Origin: Laetmonice hystrix
Lineage: Eukaryota
Direction: 5' to 3'
NCBI GenBank assembly: GCA_965235115.1
Contig: OZ249436.1
Span: 37,202,001 to 37,266,000, forward strand
DNA length: 64,000 nucleotides
Shown here: positions 10,785 through 24,384 of the stretch, piece after piece
Position numbering within the stretch: position 1 is the stretch's first letter
Layout: every line of letters begins with the position of its first letter
Program-made: the position numbers and the translations under genes
The notes under the pieces: model-generated
The model's database searches: none
What the model was told of the DNA's origin: nothing
What the model saw: the letters and a program-made list of their open reading frames with translations, nothing else

Positions 10785-12643
10785 GGCCTGGTTAGTGCAT
10801 GACGCTGCCTGGAGGCTAGGGCAAAGGACACACGTAAAGTGGCTTCCGACGCCAAGGTGTGGGGTCTGGTAACGGGGAAGTCGTTCTTGCTACACCGCCG
10901 ACATTAGGCGCTATGTCTACATATATCTGTAGTGGCATCCTCAAAGAAATTAAACAACCATTCATATTTCTGCTAAGTGACAAAGTTCACACCCATGTCT
11001 CCAGCCGATGCCTGACGTCTTTGAAGAAGCCACCAAATAAAATGACACCTTTGGCCGCCGCGCTTTGCAGTTGCCTAGCGAGTCATTTTCAAAGAATGAT
11101 ATGACTTATTGAAGTGGCCTCTTTTTCTATAGCTCCATGATGTTAACCCGAACCCTGAAACCCGAACATTTATACTTCGCTATAAGTGCTACTAAAACGG
11201 ACAGAAAATATAGGCCTATAGGCCTATACTGTAGACTATTCAACTATATAGGATCGACTTGACATCTGTTCAGCAATATGGAATATGCCTAGCCGGTATT
11301 CTTTTCGCTCGCGGTGGCAATAATGAATCAAGTCACATGGAAATTATTGCAAAAGAAACTAGACATATTTGGCCTTTGTTCAGTATGAAATTTAATAAAT
11401 AGATTCAATGATTCTTTTTCGTACGACCATTTCAAATCATTAACAAAAGTAGTATTAAAACCTGAAAGTTTGTGACTCTTCCACCTAGCAGCGCTTACCA
11501 AGCAAAATTTGTCGCGACGACATTATACAAAAAAGAACCAAGAATTATTCCCCACGTCAAAGGTCTCCGCCGATGTCTTTGTTTTAGCGAGACTCCTGAT
11601 AGTTATGAATACAGCGAGCTTTGTTTGGTAATTTAATAGTTCTCAAAACTTTGATAATGACGTTAAATATCATGCACAATAGTCATGCCAGGTTGCAAAC
11701 TATGCTCTGTCGGATCAGGGTCATGCTGGCGCACACATACGGCACTCCACCTTCGGTGTCGTGCCGTATCCATGCGCCAGCATCTCGTTCCATACTTCGC
11801 GCTGTGAAGGCGCCTCGTCCCGTGTTTGTATATCCTAAGGGAGATGATAAGAATATGTGAAAAGTTTTCAGTGCAGTTTATGATATATTTAATGATATAT
11901 GTTTTGATAAAGGGGCCAAATATTTGGAGCCTACTGTGTTTGTGAATGGAGAAAGGGTGGAGAAAGGGATATGAACTTATTGAAGTGGCCTCTTTTTCTA
12001 CAGCTCTTTGTTTGACAAGGGGTATAAAAATCGGAGTGGCATGATATTGTTTGCATCTCTGCGTATACGAAATAGTGCATGTAGCTACACACACTTCAGG
12101 GAAAGAACATAACTGTATTTTTATATTTTGTTCATTTAGTCGCCCTTAAATCGACTCTCGTATTACTAGGGCCAGCGCGCCACTCTAGGGCCGATGCCTG
12201 GCCCGCGTGGTGCGCTGGCACTATATAGTAATGTGCGGGTCGGGACTTCGTATGTAGTTACCTAGGTATGTATCAGGTATTGTGAATCGGATATATTTGC
12301 GCGCCAGAGATGGTTCTGACCAAGGCCCGTGGAGGGGCAGTCAGTATATTACGCTGCCTGGGACTTGACAGGAACCAATCATTTACAATAGTATAGAATG
12401 AATATTATGTCCTGAAATGAAACAAAGGGGTATGTGTACGCCTATTATAAATAGGTCTATAGACATAAATAATTGTATCTGCATATCCTAGGTCTTAACG
12501 TAAAATAAAATTGTTCTGTTGGAATATTCGCTAGATTATAATTAAGGGCCGGCCCATGATTTCTAGGTGAATGGTGAAAGGCCGTGGTGGGATCCATCCA
12601 ACACAGATAGAGGTAAAAGGGCTGGATCATTGCAGCAATGGTC

Positions 12644-13060
12644 CCGAGTACGGTATATATTCCTTTTATCCCGGATGTTTAAGATCGCTTCTCCCTTCAC
12701 TAGGGCCAGCCCACCACTAGGTCCAGGTGCTGGCCCTAGTGATGGCTGGCCCTGGTGCTGCATAGAACTTTACACATGAAGCATGTGGAAAAGAGGTCCT
12801 GAAATTGGAGTTAAACGTGTTGGAAGGTTCAAACTATATGTACAATTATCTTTGCTTCCCCTAATGAGTGCTAGGGAAGATACAGCTAAAACATATTTAC
12901 TGGAATGGGCAAGTTAGAGCGGAGTCGCACCTCCCTTCACTAGGGCTGCCCTAGTGGTGCGCAACACGCGGGCCAGCGCACCACTAGGGCCAGCACCCGG
13001 ACCTAGTGATGGGACTGGCCCGCGCAGCGCGCGGGCCAGCTCACCACTAGGTCCGCAACA
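12644..13060 (-). repeat. Right TIR of Ginger element
   Basis: Inverted copy of 4232-4648, ending ccgcaaca followed by ttaa. Confidence 0.95.
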
Positions 13061-15712
13061 TTAATACTGACATCACATAGGTCACTTTACTGATCTAGAT
13101 AGATCACTGAGTTGTAGCCGTATCCCTGATAGGTTTTCTGAGAAGTCCTCTCAATTTAGAAAAATATTGAAAATTCGAATCTCGCGCCTCATCACAGTCT
13201 CACTCCTGCCTATTCTTTACCATTGCCCCTGATGACGTCACTAGGGGAATTGGTCTTTAAAACGGCTTACACACAGTTCATATTCTTGTACAATAACCGC
13301 TCCTTTAAGTTAAACAACAACAAATTACATTTATTATCAGGATCTGGCACTAAATTTCATGTAAATTTTGATGTCTGTTGGACTTTAAACCGCCGCGACA
13401 ATATTAGATATCTGCAGTTAGAATCAGATATACCAGCTTGAAACTTAAATCTGAAATACGCCGCCAATGCTTAAGAGGGCCAAACTAAGATGAGTCTTAA
13501 ATGCCAATGGAAACCATAATAGAGAAGATTTGAATGTATGAGCAGTCGCCATTGAAAATATATTTAATCCCCAACTGAATGATTACTTCAGTGGTTTATT
13601 CATGTGCGATATCTATTGCCAGAAATTCAAACTACTGAGGTTCTGGGGGGTTGGAGACTGATAATGAAACAAGCCATTGAGAAGTTTATATAATTGCATA
13701 TTCTTACACAGAAGCGTCTCCTTTTGTCCGGATTCCCACATTGTACCTATTGAGAAGATCTCAATATGGATGTATGTGGGTTGGTGTGAATATAGTCATA
13801 TAATTCAATCAGCTCTGGGAATTGAATACAGATGATTTCAGCAAGAAGATCTATCTCGGTTCTATTCTTCACAAAATGGCTGAGGTATCGTCCAAAGCCA
13901 GACAGCATCACAGTTAGAAAGCACAATAATGTTTCCATTGTAATCAAGGTCTATTCACTGTGAATTTCTCTGCAAGAGGCAACCCCACCAAATTAATTAT
14001 GCGACTGACAGGAGCAGGCTTCATAGCTATTCATTTTATATATATCATATCAAATTCTAAGTCTTTTCAAAATCTTTTGCCCATGACAGCTTCTGGTTTA
14101 TGCTCATCCTGAAGCCACAGTTGAGCACAGCTGACATCATTCTATTGACAGCAGACAGGAACATGTGTTATTAAGTTTCTGAACTGCTGGATTGGGTGTT
14201 CGGCCTCAACAGTTTTATTTCTGCGAGGTTGTATTACAACCAGTGCGGACCGGAGTTTTACACCACGTCGACAGTATTTCAGTCATATTCGGAAATATAT
14301 CAAACCATTTAATCCAGTCAAGGGACCTATCGGGTCCCCGAGTCCCAGGGCAATGGCGAGGTTAAAGTGAGGAAGAAATCTACCCCAAGCAATTCCCTGT
14401 TCTTTTGGGGATCGCTCAGACACGGCCGGACATACTAAAGTCGTTGATGACCCAGTTGCAGAGCACTGGGGAGGGTCAATTAGAAAAATGGACCACATCA
14501 GCCCTCGCCCGATTTGTCGCTGTTTATGGTTGAGCTGAGGATCATTCTTACCCCTGATCCTTAAGGGGGTGTTTTTATAACCGCGAAATACTAACGTGAG
14601 TAACTTTTAGTTGAACAGTCAGAAATCCAATAGTCTAACATGTGCGGCATGTTCTACCTGCCCACCCATGTTAATAGAAAACACATTTTAATATGTAAAA
14701 CATTTGATTCAAGACAAAAGAAACCCTCAGAATAATTTATTTTTAGTAATATTCAATTTTAATAACGGTTTCCAATAAAAGAACCTATTAATGGCGCCTT
14801 TTTCATATAACCTATTGGGTCTATTGGACAAGTGAGAAGTCCAGAATCCTATAGCTGAGGAACTGAAAGTAACTTTTGGGCCCAACAACAGTGCAGTGGC
14901 TTAGAATTCCAATTTCCGAGTCAGCCTTCGATGCACAACATGGTCGCTTTCTTCCTTTCACTAAGTAGACATTTTAAAGTTGACATTTTAAACGGTTAAC
15001 AATAGGACTGCGGCATTATGACAACCAATGCTTGGAGAAGTGTTCATTGTACGATGGACAGATAACTGTTGGAAGGGTGTCTCTGATTACATATGACATG
15101 GCTTCTACTTGACCACAGAATGAAATCCAACGTGAGTCAGCAAACATTGACAGACACATTTACTTGCACTTGGACACGTGTCTCAGCGGCCAAAAAAACC
15201 TGGCTTCACAAAGGATAGCCGTGGAACGATTTCAACAACTCCTTACAAACAAGACGTGATGACTGACAATGTATAGATCGATAACGTAATGTTTGCTGCA
15301 AAGTCCCCATGTAGAAAGTCGTCCAGTTCACAAAATCGGACCTAAATCTTGTCTTTTCATCACAGTATTGAAACAAATGTTGAAAGAGACTCTGTATCTT
15401 CAGGGTGCAATAGTGTGTGAGTGGGTAAACTGGAGGCAATATGTCATTGGCCATATTCAGGGCCATTCGAGGTGCAATATGAAAGTCATGTATTGTAGCA
15501 TTTTTTAGGCATACCGTATACACTAGAGCAAGTATATTTAAATAAAATAATTTATAAAATGTGTAGCAGATTAAAATAAATCCATGAAAGCCCATTATAA
15601 TATATTCAATTTGGATATTTTAGGAACATAATTATTATCTGGATTTTCCCCTCGCACATCGTAAGAAAGTAATGCTGACAATCAGTCATTATAAAAGAGA
15701 ACTGTGTTGTGA

Positions 15713-15868
15713 GGGCCCAGTTTGTCAAAAATTCCCAACTTGAGTAAAGCTTACTTACCCAAACTACCAGGCTTCTGATTGGTTGGTCTGCTTAGGCCAG
15801 CCAATCAGAAGCCTGGTAGTTTAAGTAAGCTTTATACTCAAGTTGATAATTTTTGACAAACTGGGCCC
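15713..15868. mobile_element. Palindromic MITE of about 156 bp
   Basis: gggcccagtttgtcaaaaatt...aatttttgacaaactgggccc; nearly the whole element is an inverted repeat. A possibly related, more degenerate element lies at about 20692-20801. Confidence 0.8.
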
Positions 15869-16734
15869 AGATCAAGAATCACGGTGGTCATGCGACTATC
15901 ATGGCATCATTCTGGCAGTAATACAGTGTCTCCTCTCATACGTTATCAAGACATAGATTTATAACAGATCCGCAGCGTTACTTCTGAGCTCATAATAATT
16001 GTTATACCATTCTTTGCATCACCATTATAAGCAGAACAAAGTATTGAAAACACACATTTTATAGTTCCTTACATTTTATAGTTCCTTCACGTCATTATAT
16101 TAGAATAACAAGCCCGGAGCCCCGGGATAAGAAACTTAATCACAATCAAATACTCTGGTGGATTACACCCCAGGACATCAGCTTATTCACATCAGCTGTC
16201 AGAATTCTCACGCTGCTTTATAATCATCCAACACATTTTAATAGGGTTCCATATACTGTTACGTTTAAATATTTGTTTGTTTCCATCGTCCAAGTAATAC
16301 GAGGAATCTCAGACGCATGCTTTGTTGGTTCAATGTTATCCTTTTTTAAATCCGACTATAGAGTAGGTATTTACCTGTGAACAGTGAAGCAAATATTAGA
16401 AGGCCCATCCGAAATGCGTGTCACTACTACCAACCAGATTCTGATTGTTTAATGATTTCTGCTTGAGTCATGATCATTACGGGTACTACTTATACTGCCT
16501 AATACTAACCTGACTTATTTTTAAGTACGTAAATTGTTATAACTACAGCATGGCAACATACAATAAATTATGTTAGTTATAAATGTGTCATTAAATTGAT
16601 GTCCGTCGTTGGGCAGTAACCACTGATGAAAGCATTTGGTTTTATACCCCGTGCACATAGACATACAATTATTATGAGATCCAAACAAAATGAAAGCCGT
16701 ATTTTTCCTGGAGTCTAAGGTGATGAGACGTTCT

Positions 16735-17018
16735 TCAGACCGATACGACCACAGCTATATCTTGTCCAATGACATTATCTCTTTCATCCTCACACCTATA
16801 ATTTCCCGAATGACCGAAGGTAGCTGATTTGACACTTAGAACGCTAAGTACCCCGCTCTCAGTAGGAACATCCTCGATAACGAAGTTCGTTCCGCTTTGC
16901 AAACGATTCCCGTTTCGTTTCCAGATTGGTCGGAACCGTCTTTCTCCCTTGCACCGTAAAGTGAACGATTTGCCAAGCCGAGCGATCCGCAATGCTGTAT
17001 TTTCCTCTATATACAAAC
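16735..17018 (-). CDS. Secreted multi-Ig protein, exon 11 (Ig9, terminal)
   Basis: Acceptor tttag|GT at 17018. FTLRC..PIWKRNG..SGNYRC; the stop codon follows the G strand directly (IAVVVSV*). Confidence 0.85.
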
Positions 17019-17274
17019 CTAAACGAACACAGAATTGAAGGATATATTAGTCCTTTGTCCAGGGTGCATTCGGCCGGTTTTGTATAGAAATCTATCGCAC
17101 ACGAATCATCTTCGTCTTCTGTTGTCCACTCACTGGCTGCTGCGAAGTGTTTGTACATAGAAGATTGGGTTTTTTTTCTCTTCACAATCATCTACGCTTT
17201 CAATAAGCTCTGGACTACCAGTATGTACACAAGTAAGATGATGCACGTATAGAGGAGAAAGTAATGTTACACCC

Positions 17275-17305
<31 letters not shown>

Positions 17306-17814
17306 AGTATACAAACTTTCTTTTCTTTCGTGGTCTATTACGAGACGTCCACATCGCTAACGTTACTCTTGCCCGGAATGAAAGGCCGCATTTTGGGAAA
17401 TTCTTAACAGTAACAGTAAACTCCTTGGCCGCTGACGGGTGTGAAGTTCTTTTTTTTTCTTTTTTTATGCTTGTTTTTATGTTCAATACCGGAAGCAGCC
17501 TTTTGTTAATTGTAACTCGGTAAAAGCACGCTCTTATCGGATCATTTACATTTGCAAGTAGACATCTTGTGTAACATTAACAATTTATCGCAATCAGGAA
17601 CATATCACATTCGGGGGGGAAAACACTCCTTGACTAATAGTTTCTATATAGAGCGCCGTCAGATTGACAAATTCGACTTTGATTCATTGTCGCTGCAGTC
17701 GACATTCTGTCTAATTACAAATCTATAATTTACACACATAGTTAACAATTAATAGCAACGATGACGTATTATCACATGGACACATGTCAGGGATGACAAG
17801 CTTGTGAAGCTTAT

Positions 17815-18714
17815 GCTTAGGTCCCACTGGGGAAAATCATCGGCGATGTAGAAATACACAAATTGGCTCCCGATGGCACCCGATGCTCCCGAAGTACAAC
17901 GGAGCAGTCCCATTACAGATGGCACGCATTAGGCATCGGGGATGGTCCAGAGAACGTCCCCCGAACAATGGCCATGAATCATCGGGGATGGCTCCCGATG
18001 GCCGGGAAAGCCCCGGTGCATCTTCGCCGATAATCGGCGAAGGTGCCCCGGAGCTACCTCGAATTTGAAACACCATCGGGGAAATATTCCCGTAGATTAG
18101 GGAAAGCATCGGTGAGTACTTGCGAACCATCCCCGGTGCCTCCCCAATAACCCTTCCCCGAGGCACCGGGGATGGTTCGCAAGTACTCACCGATGCTTCC
18201 CCGGTGCCTCGGGGAAGCATTGAGGAGGTATGGGAAGAATGCACTTTTAATCATCACCGACATTTCGGCGAATATTCATAAATACAACCCCACATCGGGA
18301 ATGTATCACCGACAGGTCGCTGAGAGGTCGCCGGACATGCGGCGGAGATCAAAATATCCCCGGAGGTTCCCTGATCCTTCGCCGAAACAACACACGCGGT
18401 TCGGGGGGGCCAAGGTTTCGCGGAAGCTCAGGGGAAGCATCCCCGGGGCTTCCCCGGGGCTCGGGAAAGCTACGGGGTTGCCTCCCCGGCCTGTTTTACC
18501 GACAAAACGTCGGGAACACATCAGGAAAAATTTCAAGGCAGGCATTGAAATTTTTCGCAGTTCTCCCGATGCCTTCCGATGGTTCCACATGGCTCCCGAC
18601 GCTCCCGAGGCTTCCTCGAAACACCGGGGAACCTGTTCCCGATGCCTCCCGAGGCTCTTCAATTTAGATCGGGAGAACATCCCCGAGGCCAAAAATGCCC
18701 AGTGGGACTGAGCC
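17815..18714. mobile_element. GC-rich non-autonomous TIR element of about 900 bp in an Ig-gene intron
   Basis: Terminal gtcccactggg / cccagtgggac. Internal perfect 39-bp inverted repeat (18104-18142 vs 18160-18198) and many atcggg/cccgat subrepeats. Confidence 0.7.
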
Positions 18715-19299
18715 TATAAGGCTATAGCCCCCAACAAGAGCTACGAAATCTTGAGGAAACGATGTACCACTTCGATTGACTTTTCAAGGTCCTGCCCCTG
18801 ATCATTGTGTAATCTTTCATGCAAAATTATATCGTTATTTTCAAATGTTTTGGAGATACAGGCCATAAAAAATATGCATGACCTTGATTCACCTTTCAAG
18901 GTCATGGGAAATTCAGCCAAACGAAAGGCCATATACGACTTCCTATTCTGTCACTAATAGTAACTATTGTGTTATCTTGCACCATTTTGGAGATATCAGC
19001 CAAAACAGTCTCGCTTGGCATCAGTTTCCATGACCTTGAACGACCTTGAAAGGTAAATCATGAGACGTTTGCAGCAATAACTTCAAAATTGTCTGGATTT
19101 CTTTCTTGATGAGAAGAGAAAGCATAATGACGGGCAAGAAACGTGCCAAAAGTACCATTGTTCCTGAACCCACAGATAATTAGTCCCTATACCCAGTTGG
19201 GCGCTGTGACTCCGACGGGGTCTTGTTTTTTTTTTTTTTTATAATTTTCTTTATCTAAAGACACACACAATGTTCACACCCAGTTTGCATTCAACTCAC

Positions 19300-19611
19300 C
19301 TTCCGGCTGATTGCTTACTGACGCGACGTCAACTCGAACGTCGTCTGCGTTTTCAAAGTTGTTCATGTCACGACACGTGTAGATACCGGAAGCGTTTGCC
19401 GCTGGAGAAAGACGTGACAGAATCAAGGTCAGCTTGTCGGTGACGACGTCGACACTACTCGACATGATGACGTTAGGCAGGTAGCCGACTGGGTGGTCGT
19501 TATGGTACCAGGCCGGACGGGTGGTCGTTGGTCCGGAGCAGATGAGCGAGAAGGGCTGGCCGTCATCGAGTGAGATTTCGTCGTCTAGCGGGTGGAGAAT
19601 GGTGATCGGGT
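19300..19611 (-). CDS. Multi-Ig protein exon 10 (Ig8)
   Basis: cag|AC...GAA G|gtgagt, 312 nt, phase 1-1. PFSLIC..PAWYHN..SGIYTC. Confidence 0.9.
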
Positions 19612-21485
19612 CTGAAGATGACGAGGAGGGTGGCTATACACACTGTCGACTTTTGTTGTGTTCTAAAATGTCTGGTGCTGTTTTTAAACGTTTATAAATT
19701 ATATAAATTCCCAGAAGGTATGAATAAAAAAACATGATAGATAGGGCTATACTATAGTGAACCATGGCCCGGTTACGATCAAAACTACCCAGTCTTCACA
19801 TAATTTCACTTTGAAGTTGATCTGTTGCAAACATCGGGTCTTAGGGTCGCATGTACGCTGTAGCTTGATAGAGATTACCATAATAGAAGGTGTTAATGTT
19901 TTACAATATCGACACTTTGATATGAAGCTTGTTTCGATCATACATTTAAAGACCTTGAAAAGAAACGTTTTAAAATCAGCTTAACATGCACTAAGCACAA
20001 ATAGTCATTACCTTTCACTGACAGTATAGGTTTTGCATGACGTTCAGATATCTACAGTATGCCCATGTTGTATGGGACTCCTAATTCTTGCACTTTAACT
20101 ACATTTCGTGTTAAAATATCGACAAAGCTATAGTGAGTCTTATATCATAAATAAGTTGACCTATTTACAAGTATCAGAGCATGCCCTTGAGTGTTGTAGA
20201 TCTAGAGCCTTAAAACCAAGCACCCGACTCAATGTTTCCTAACAAGCCTTTTTAACTGATGCTTTCATAATAAGCCCCAAAAAGCAGCTGCATTCATAAT
20301 TATTATTCCGCCAGGTCAAGCCGTAACTTAATATCTTGTAACAAGCCATTAACAATTAACCCATCTTTTCTGGCTGGTATCACAAATGCAACAATAAATA
20401 ACACTTCAGTGCTTGTTTTAATACCTCCAGGAGTGCGTCGATGGATTAAACCCGTTCTGAAAGATAAGCAGTTAAATTGTTCCAGTGGCCTGCCGACCAG
20501 AGCATAATGCAGATCATTCATCACAAGGCAATATCTCTTCCAGGAAATAAATCTTGTTGACGAATGGGAAACCACGTTTTGGGGCATCAGCTTATTGAAA
20601 AGGTTCAAAAATGCTATACCACATATTGATACCATAGTCAGTTTTCATCAGATTACTTTGCAAACTACCACTACAGGGTGATCAAAATACATGGGTCCAG
20701 TTCCAAAAATCTTAAGATCTTGCTCAAGATTAAGCTTAACGATACCAACCAATCAGAAGCATTAAGCTTAAGAAAGATCTTAAGTTGTCAGGAACCGGGC
20801 CGCGTTAATCTTCACGCATTGTGCTGGCGAGTCCCTTTTGATGATGAGCAATTACAGCGTGAGGGATAGAATATTTATGGCTGCATACCAATTTGGACAG
20901 CTGCGAAGCTCGTTTATCTCCGATGGCCATATCATCTTTCATAAACGCCCCCATACGAATATAATTCGTCCAGTTTAAACCTGCTTTTCGAGGGTAATTT
21001 ATATCGGCACATCCCTCCTTTGAAAGCTTCCCCCGGATCTAATATCATGTGAACCATACAATGTAGAAGGCTTGCGAGGTAAACTGCATGGGTCCTGTCT
21101 GTAAAGGGCACATTCAGAATATTCCGACTTTCTGACCTTTAAAAGCGGCTAAGACATGCACACGATGGCCTCTTGGCCTTTTATAGATAATGTGAGACTA
21201 GTGGTTAATACCGAAGTGGCCATATAATACTATCTGAACAGCCATACATTTTCTGACTATTTATTGTTTAAAATATACACCATATAATTCAATGTTGAAG
21301 CGTTACAAAAATAGATATATTCAGGTGTTGATTTCTTTATCCTTGCTGGACATGGGACTTCTGGCGTGTCGGGCTAAGGATGAAGGGCCTGCCTCAACAA
21401 GAGGTCTCTTGGGGTCCTGGGTCAAGTAGAGGTCAACTCTACGGCCGGGTTCTCGGCCTCCGAACTCGTATTTTGCGTAATTTAC

Positions 21486-21788
21486 CTGGATGTCTCTCCT
21501 GTACTCGGACGCGCACCTCATCGCGGTTATAATAGTCTAATTGGTCTCCACAGACGTAGCTGCCCCCAGAGTCGGGCGTGGCTGTCAGCACGGTCACTCC
21601 AGTAATCTGTTCGCCGGAGACGGTCAGCGACGTGACGATTCTGACGTCACTACTCGGCAGCAGGGCCACGCCGCCGTGCGACCAGAAAACGGCAGCGCCA
21701 CTGTTGGCCTGGCAACGCATGCTGAAAGAGCGCCCCTCGCGGACGGTAATCTCTTTACTAGCCGGAAACGTTATCTCAACCCGTTCAC
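21486..21788 (-). CDS. Multi-Ig protein exon 9 (Ig7)
   Basis: ccag|GT...CCA G|gtaaat, 303 nt, phase 1-1. SFSMRC..VFWSHG..GGSYVC. Confidence 0.9.
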
Positions 21789-22208
21789 CTGGGGGAGTAA
21801 ATAGGAAGAATCATGAACAGTTGTTGTTGTTGTTGATGTTGTCCGTGAATAGTGATGGAAGAAAACGAAACACAAGACTTTTTACTGGACTGAAATAACC
21901 TCTGAATCGTCTCTAATGAAACCCACTGCACTCCAGAAAGTCCAACTACGCTTAATCCCATTCTGCAGCAGAGCGCAAACACTACATGAAAAAAAATCTC
22001 GGATTTAAGAAATCGATTTATTTAAAAAAAACGGAAAAGTCAACATCAATATATTGATAACTTATTGTCACCGTGGTGGAATTGACGGAAAGAATATTAT
22101 CACCAAAGTTGTCAGGAGGTAACAGCAGTAACGCTTCTTAGATATAGGAGTGGGGTAGGCAACAGAAAGTACTAGAATCGTGCTTTTAAACAGTCCTGAA
22201 CCACCTAC

Positions 22209-22358
22209 GTCTCTGCCGCTCGACTTGTACAGCAACTCTGACGGCCACGGTGTCGGAATTCTCGGGGGTCATTTTGTCGCGACAGGTGTAGTTGCCAAAC
22301 ACGTCACTTCCGGCCTCCACTCGCAGAATTCCGGTCACTTTACCGGTCAGAGCATCCG
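22209..22358 (-). CDS. Multi-Ig protein exon 8 (C-terminal half of Ig6)
   Basis: ttcttccag|CG...AGA C|gtaggt, 150 nt. DALTGKVTGILRV..FGNYTCRD. Confidence 0.8.
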
Positions 22359-22690
22359 CTGGAAGAAACACAACAAAGTCAGACGCCACCTCGTGTAAAT
22401 CACTGTTGTAGCTATTTTTAGACGACATAAACAAAGACTGCACCTACTAAAATGACTTTTGAGCGTACTAGTCGAGATTATATTTTACTTTGCATTCTTT
22501 GCAATTGACAAGAACCCTATGGCGGAGATGGGTCATCTGACTTCTTGAAAAGAGATCATTTTCGCGCGACACAGTGGCGGTTGAATCACTGCAATCACCA
22601 TAAGCCTGGGAGCTGAAACATGAAATCGGAAGCCTGTGCCCCTAAGTTAGGTGCAGTCGTTATGTACCAGACAAGCTGTAGGCAACCTAC

Positions 22691-22843
22691 TTAAAAGGGA
22701 AGTGCTGTAACTTTCCGTCTTCCCGTTGACGACGGTTCCTTGGAAGAGCCACTCAATGGGTGTATGGTAGTCGGCAACACAGTGCAGTTCGACCCCAGAA
22801 TTCAGGTGCACTGTTTGATCCCCGCCCGTGATGTTTACAAAAG
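22691..22843 (-). CDS. Multi-Ig protein exon 7 (N-terminal half of Ig6)
   Basis: tttctcag|CT...TTA A|gtaggt, 153 nt. FVNITGGDQTVHLNSGVELHCVADYHTPIEWLFQG. Too short for the ORF track; translated by hand. Confidence 0.8.
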
Positions 22844-23123
22844 CTGAGAAAGTATGACACTTTTTATTATTGTTAAACGTTCCTGATTTTTAAAAGCGAT
22901 ACCATGATTGTTACAAGAGAAGTGTCATTTTATTCACCAAAAGAATGCTGACTTTTACGTAAAAGATTAGGCTAATTATTAGTAGAGCAAAATACAGAAA
23001 GCTCCCGCTAGTTTTACAAAGGACGACATAAATTAGTCTCAAACCGGTAGCGATGTCATAATGGTTGCTAAGCATACAGCCTATTCCATTCTTGTTCCTA
23101 AACAACAATTTTTACAAACTCAC

Positions 23124-23423
23124 ATGGAACTCGCACTCCAATCCTGTCACTGTTGAGGTAGTCGGCGGCGTCTTCACAAGTATAAACTCCAGAATGCCAT
23201 TTGTTGATGTTTAAAATCGTCAACATGGACGCCACGGTTTGACGTCGTACGTCTACGAGTGACGTCAGAACGTAGCCGGGCCGTTCATAGACGTCAAGAA
23301 TGATTCCGTTGTGGCGCCACCTGAAGTCGGTGTTGCGTGCGCCGACACACCTGATAACGAGGTAATGGTCTGGGAGAACGGTGGCGTAATTACCGACGGG
23401 CTCCTCAATGGTTAGTGTCATCG
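23124..23423 (-). CDS. Multi-Ig protein exon 6 (Ig5)
   Basis: ttttcag|CG...CCA T|gtgagt, 300 nt. LVIRC..FRWRHNG..SGVYTC. Confidence 0.9.
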
Positions 23424-23671
23424 CTGAAAAACATTAATGAGAGGAACTTGTTTGAGGTTATCTCAGTAACTCATTCCGGCAGCTTTTCATTTGTTTTAAT
23501 TTCTTTTTTTAATTTAATGGCGAGCCATTTGGCTTGGTTTTGGCCCAGCACCTTATCAAATACGGATGGGAGTATGATACATCAGAGAGGTATACATTTA
23601 ATTATTATTATATTTAATATATATTTATGTATGATTATTTGCATGCTTTATGACCCTCCACATAGACTCAC

Positions 23672-23977
23672 GCGAAGTAACTGGAGACAATAGAATCTCG
23701 ATGTCATCGTAATTAAAGTAGTCCCTTTCATCGCGGCAGACGAACCGCCCGACGTGGTCCGAGTCGGCTTCCATAACAGTCAGCAGACTGCTGACCTTGC
23801 GTTCTCGCCTGTCGCGAGATGGCGTGATTATGACGGAGGAGGTGGTGTTGACGGGCGCTCCGTTCAGCTCCCATCGGATCAAAGCATTCCAGCCGGCTTT
23901 ACATTGGACGGTGAACGAACCGCCCACTTTGACTGACGTCTCGTTGTCCAAGGGCGTAGTTATCATAACCTCCACAC
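23672..23977 (-). CDS. Multi-Ig protein exon 5 (Ig4)
   Basis: atag|GT...TCG C|gtgagt, 306 nt. FTVQC..IRWELNG..VGRFVC. Confidence 0.9.
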
Positions 23978-24384
23978 CTATACGTATGGGTGACCATCAA
24001 TACGAATTATCCGATGACGTGTAGATGGCAGGCCCGTATACAGTGGACTTCGTAAAGGGGAGAGGCAGGGTCATTAGGGAGCGGGGGGGGGGTTGATGGA
24101 CATGGTTTTTTTCAGCAGTGTTTTGCAAGGAAAGGGTTTTTTTTAAATACTATTGGTTTTTTTTCTTTTTGTGTGTGTATGGTGTGTGTGTGTGGGGGGG
24201 GGGGGTCCTGAAAGTGCAAACCGCCGAATGCGTGCCTCCTCCCTTCTCAGCTTTATGAACTTCATATAAATATAGAAATGATATCGATCGCCCAGATTAC
24301 TGTTATAATAATGTTGTCATGATTCAAGTGTTAACCCTTTGTGAACAACTTACACATTTATTAATAAACTCTGATATTCCTAAC

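Larger units (their letters stand above)
4232..13060 (-). mobile_element. Full-length Ginger-type (Ginger2/TDD-like) DNA transposon, 8829 bp
   Basis: Termini TGTTGCGG...CCGCAACA. 417-bp TIRs at 4232-4648 and 12644-13060. TTAA on both flanks (4228-4231, 13061-13064) as a 4-bp TSD. Internal Gypsy-like integrase gene with no gag, RT or LTR. TGT ends, 4-bp TSD and a spliced integrase are the established Ginger hallmarks. Confidence 0.9.

Noticed and set aside
4228..13064. piggyBac assignment because of the TTAA TSD
   Set aside because: The ends are TGT/ACA rather than CCY/RGG, and the enzyme is an HHCC-rve integrase.
17837..18711. ORFs of 128-179 aa in a GC-rich segment
   Set aside because: They fall within a palindromic TIR element and show no recognisable domain.
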